Shown here: one piece after another, positions 16,458-18,199 of the stretch
How the letters are laid out: every line of letters begins with the position of its first letter
Numbering within the stretch: position 1 is the stretch's first letter
From: Candidatus Calescibacterium sp.
GTDB lineage: Bacteria; Calescibacteriota; Calescibacteriia; Calescibacteriales; Calescibacteriaceae
Direction of reading: 5' to 3'
NCBI GenBank assembly: GCA_032249135.1
Contig: JAVVGL010000034.1
Location: forward strand, 1 to 18,199
DNA: 18,199 nt
The notes under the pieces: model-generated
What the model saw: the letters and a program-made list of their open reading frames with translations, nothing else
The model's database searches: none
Told to the model about the DNA's origin: nothing
Made by a program: the position numbers and the translations under genes

Positions 16458-16500
16458 ATGTACGGAAATAAGTTTTTTAGATACAAATTTTTTAGTTTAG
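16458..16500 (+). pseudogene. Remnant of a PIN toxin N-terminus
   Basis: ATG TAC GGA AAT AAG, then after a frameshift FLDTNFLV*, resembling the PIN start (V)FLDTNxLVY. Confidence 0.5.
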
Positions 16501-16508
16501 TTTCAAAG

Positions 16509-16587
16509 TTTGTAGATCAAGTTTAAAATTTTGATTATGCAGGAGAAGAAGTTAGAGGAGATTATCAAAGAATTACCACTTATCTAA
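16509..16587 (+). pseudogene. Truncated second copy of the DUF2281 antitoxin promoter and 5' end (MQEKKLEEIIKELPLI*)
   Basis: 16509-16578 aligns with 15774-15846 (tttg.agatcaagtttaaa.tt.tgattatg...gagaagaa.tt.gaggagattatcaa.gaatt.cca) with one 3-nt gap. Confidence 0.85.
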
Positions 16588-16770
16588 ATCCATAGCCTTA
16601 GCAGCAAATTTTACGGCAGCTAATATATCCTCTTTTTTGTTATCAGGATATTCTTTTAATCATACCCTTCAGCTAAGAGATTTAAGATAACATAAACAGG
16701 AATTCTTGTCCCACAAATTACTGGTTTTCCTCTAATTATTTTTGGGATCAATTACAATCCTTTTGTTCAT
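16573..16770 (-). pseudogene. DUF433-family antitoxin pseudogene (two frameshifts)
   Basis: MNKRIVIDPK, frameshift in an A5 run, IIRGKPVICGTRIPVYVILNLLAEGYD, small deletion and frameshift, then LKEYPDNKKEDILAAVKFAAK. This is the classic DUF433 signature. Confidence 0.88.
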
Positions 16771-16986
16771 AGTATTAAAGTTATAACATACTTTTTTTAT
16801 TTTATTTTCTTTTTTCCCAGCATTAGTTTTTTTGAAGGCTTATGCTTTAAGTGATCGGAAAACGGATGCTACAAATTATCCACATAACAAAAACTTCAAA
16901 AATCAGATTTACTCTTTTGTATCTTTTATAAACGCTTTTTCACTCAATGATTCCGATAACTTAAATGGTAGAGCCTTTTTGAAAAA

Positions 16987-17015
16987 TTGAGGCATATTAG
17001 GGAACATTTTAAAAT
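16987..17015 (+). promoter_or_regulatory. Putative sigma70-type promoter for a leaderless or near-leaderless TA transcript
   Basis: TTGAGG (16987-16992), 17 nt, TAAAAT (17010-17015), 8 nt, ATG 17024. No SD. Confidence 0.5.
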
Positions 17016-17023
17016 TTACTTAA

Positions 17024-17236
17024 ATGGAGGGAGTGAAAAATTTTGTTCTAAAAAAGGAGGTAAGGGTGAAAGATAAAGTTTTAACCATTGAGCTACCAGA
17101 TGAATTTAAGGGAAAAGAGGTTGAAATAACAGTTAGAGTAAAACGAGAAATTGAAAAGGAAATACTTGCAGATCAAATTCAAGTTGATACAACAAAATGG
17201 AAATTCAGCAGAGAAGAATTATATGAAAGGTTCTGA
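17024..17236 (+). CDS. Small putative antitoxin of the downstream PIN gene
   Basis: 70 aa. Beta-rich N-half (IELPDEFKGKEVEITV) and a WKFSREELYER tail whose TATGA carries the overlapping ATG (17223) of the toxin. Confidence 0.7.
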   Translation: MEGVKNFVLKKEVRVKDKVLTIELPDEFKGKEVEITVRVKREIEKEILADQIQVDTTKWKFSREELYERF

Positions 17237-17523
17237 ATGAATTCATCTGGATAATGAATAGAAAATATAGAATTAGTTTTGAAAAATTGCAAATTTTGTC
17301 AGATATATTTTGGCGGAAATTTGAGGTGGTATTATTGAGGAAATCTTCTGTTGATAAGGCTCTAAGTGTAGCTAATCAATATAAATATTCTTACTGGGAT
17401 AGTTTGATAATAGTTTCGGCTTTAGAAAATAAATGTAAAATTCTTTATACAGAAGATATGCAAGATGGGCAGATAATTGAAGGAAAACTTAAAATAGAAA
17501 ATCCTTTTAAACGAAAATTTTAA
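17223..17523 (+). pseudogene. PIN/VapC toxin with an internal N-terminal deletion and frameshift
   Basis: ATG AAA GG at 17223 joins out of frame to VLNEFIWIMNRK...YSYWDSLII.SALE..C..LYTEDMQDGQ..EG.L.I.NPF. The catalytic DTN segment is missing, so ORF 17254-17523 is only the C-terminal part. Confidence 0.82.
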
Positions 17524-17530
17524 ACGAAAA
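17505..17530 (+). repeat. 13-bp tandem duplication at the PIN 3' end
   Basis: ttttaaacgaaaa at 17505-17517 and 17518-17530. Confidence 0.85.
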
Positions 17531-17554
17531 ATCGGTTAGGGGGAAATATCACTG

Positions 17555-18199
17555 ATGAGCGAGGTGAAACCAGAAGTTTTTGCAACTATAAAGAATTTAT
17601 TCGCAACCAAAACAAGAAGAAGGCTTTTTGAGAACTTCTTATCACTTTCATTTTTGCAATTTGCTAATTACATTTTCCCTCTTATTACTTTGCCTTATCT
17701 TGTAAGGGTTTTAGGACCTGAAAAGTATGGTTTGATTGCTTTTGCACAAGCTTTTATTGGGTATTTTCAGATTTTAACAGATTACGGATTTAATCTTTCA
17801 GCAACAAGAGAGATTTCAATAAATAGGGAAAACAAAGAAAAGGTCTCAGAAATTTTCAGTTCTGTGATGATTATAAAATTTTTTTTGCTTTTGCTTTCTT
17901 TAGGGTTGATGACCATTATAGTTTTTTCTTTTAAAAAATTCAGACAAGATTGGTTGATTTATTATTTGACTTTTGGTATGGTTTTAGGGCAAACACTTTT
18001 TCCTATTTGGTTCTTTCAGGGAATGGAGAGAATGAAGTATATAACTTTTTTGAATGTTCTTGCTAAACTAATTTTTACAATTGCAATTTTCATTTTTGTA
18101 AAAAAAGCATCTGACTATTTATATGTTCCGCTTTTGAACTCTTTGGGATTTATTGTAGCAGGAGTTTTAGCATTATGGATTGTGTTCAAAGACTTTGGA
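17555..18199 (+). CDS. wzx: Polysaccharide/O-antigen flippase (Wzx/RfbX, MATE-like); truncated by the window end
   Basis: Not in the ORF track because there is no stop within the window. Hand translation: MSEVKPEV...ENFLSLSFLQFANYIFPLITLPYLVRVLGPEKYGLIAFAQAFIGYFQILTDYGFNLSATREIS...FPIWFFQGMERMKY, open to the end. Confidence 0.93.
   Translation, partial: MSEVKPEVFATIKNLFATKTRRRLFENFLSLSFLQFANYIFPLITLPYLVRVLGPEKYGLIAFAQAFIGYFQILTDYGFNLSATREISINRENKEKVSEIFSSVMIIKFFLLLLSLGLMTIIVFSFKKFRQDWLIYYLTFGMVLGQTLFPIWFFQGMERMKYITFLNVLAKLIFTIAIFIFVKKASDYLYVPLLNSLGFIVAGVLALWIVFKDFG

Noticed and set aside
16876..16884. Perfect DnaA box TTATCCACA
   Set aside because: A single copy with no cluster or replication genes is plausible by chance in 18 kb of AT-rich DNA.

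Overview
This is a low-GC bacterial chromosomal window. The Lys/Glu/Ile-rich proteins, myxobacterial-style kinase and MopE/RCC1 lipoprotein suggest a thermophilic deltaproteobacteria-related lineage (inference only). It has three parts. (1) 254-4200: an Rpn/YhgA-family PD-(D/E)XK nuclease with a probable intragenic start and 36-bp repeats, an 848-aa surface lipoprotein (pentapeptide repeats, Cys/Asp metal-binding motif, 7-bladed RCC1 propeller), and a co-oriented truncated copy of the Rpn nuclease core. (2) 4357-14463: mostly housekeeping genes: CoA-transferase III/AMACR-like, peptidase S58, GT4, CbiX/SirB chelatase, Ser/Thr kinase, secreted PLD nuclease, acyl-CoA carboxyltransferase, DUF2203, tRNA-Met and a GT2-methyltransferase fusion. 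(3) 14570-17523: a dense toxin-antitoxin patch with a retropepsin-like protease, MNT-HEPN, DUF2281-PIN, and broken PIN, DUF2281 and DUF433 remnants. A Wzx flippase follows and runs off the window end. No CRISPR array, integrase, DDE transposase or reverse transcriptase was seen. All family calls are from motif recognition, not database searches.
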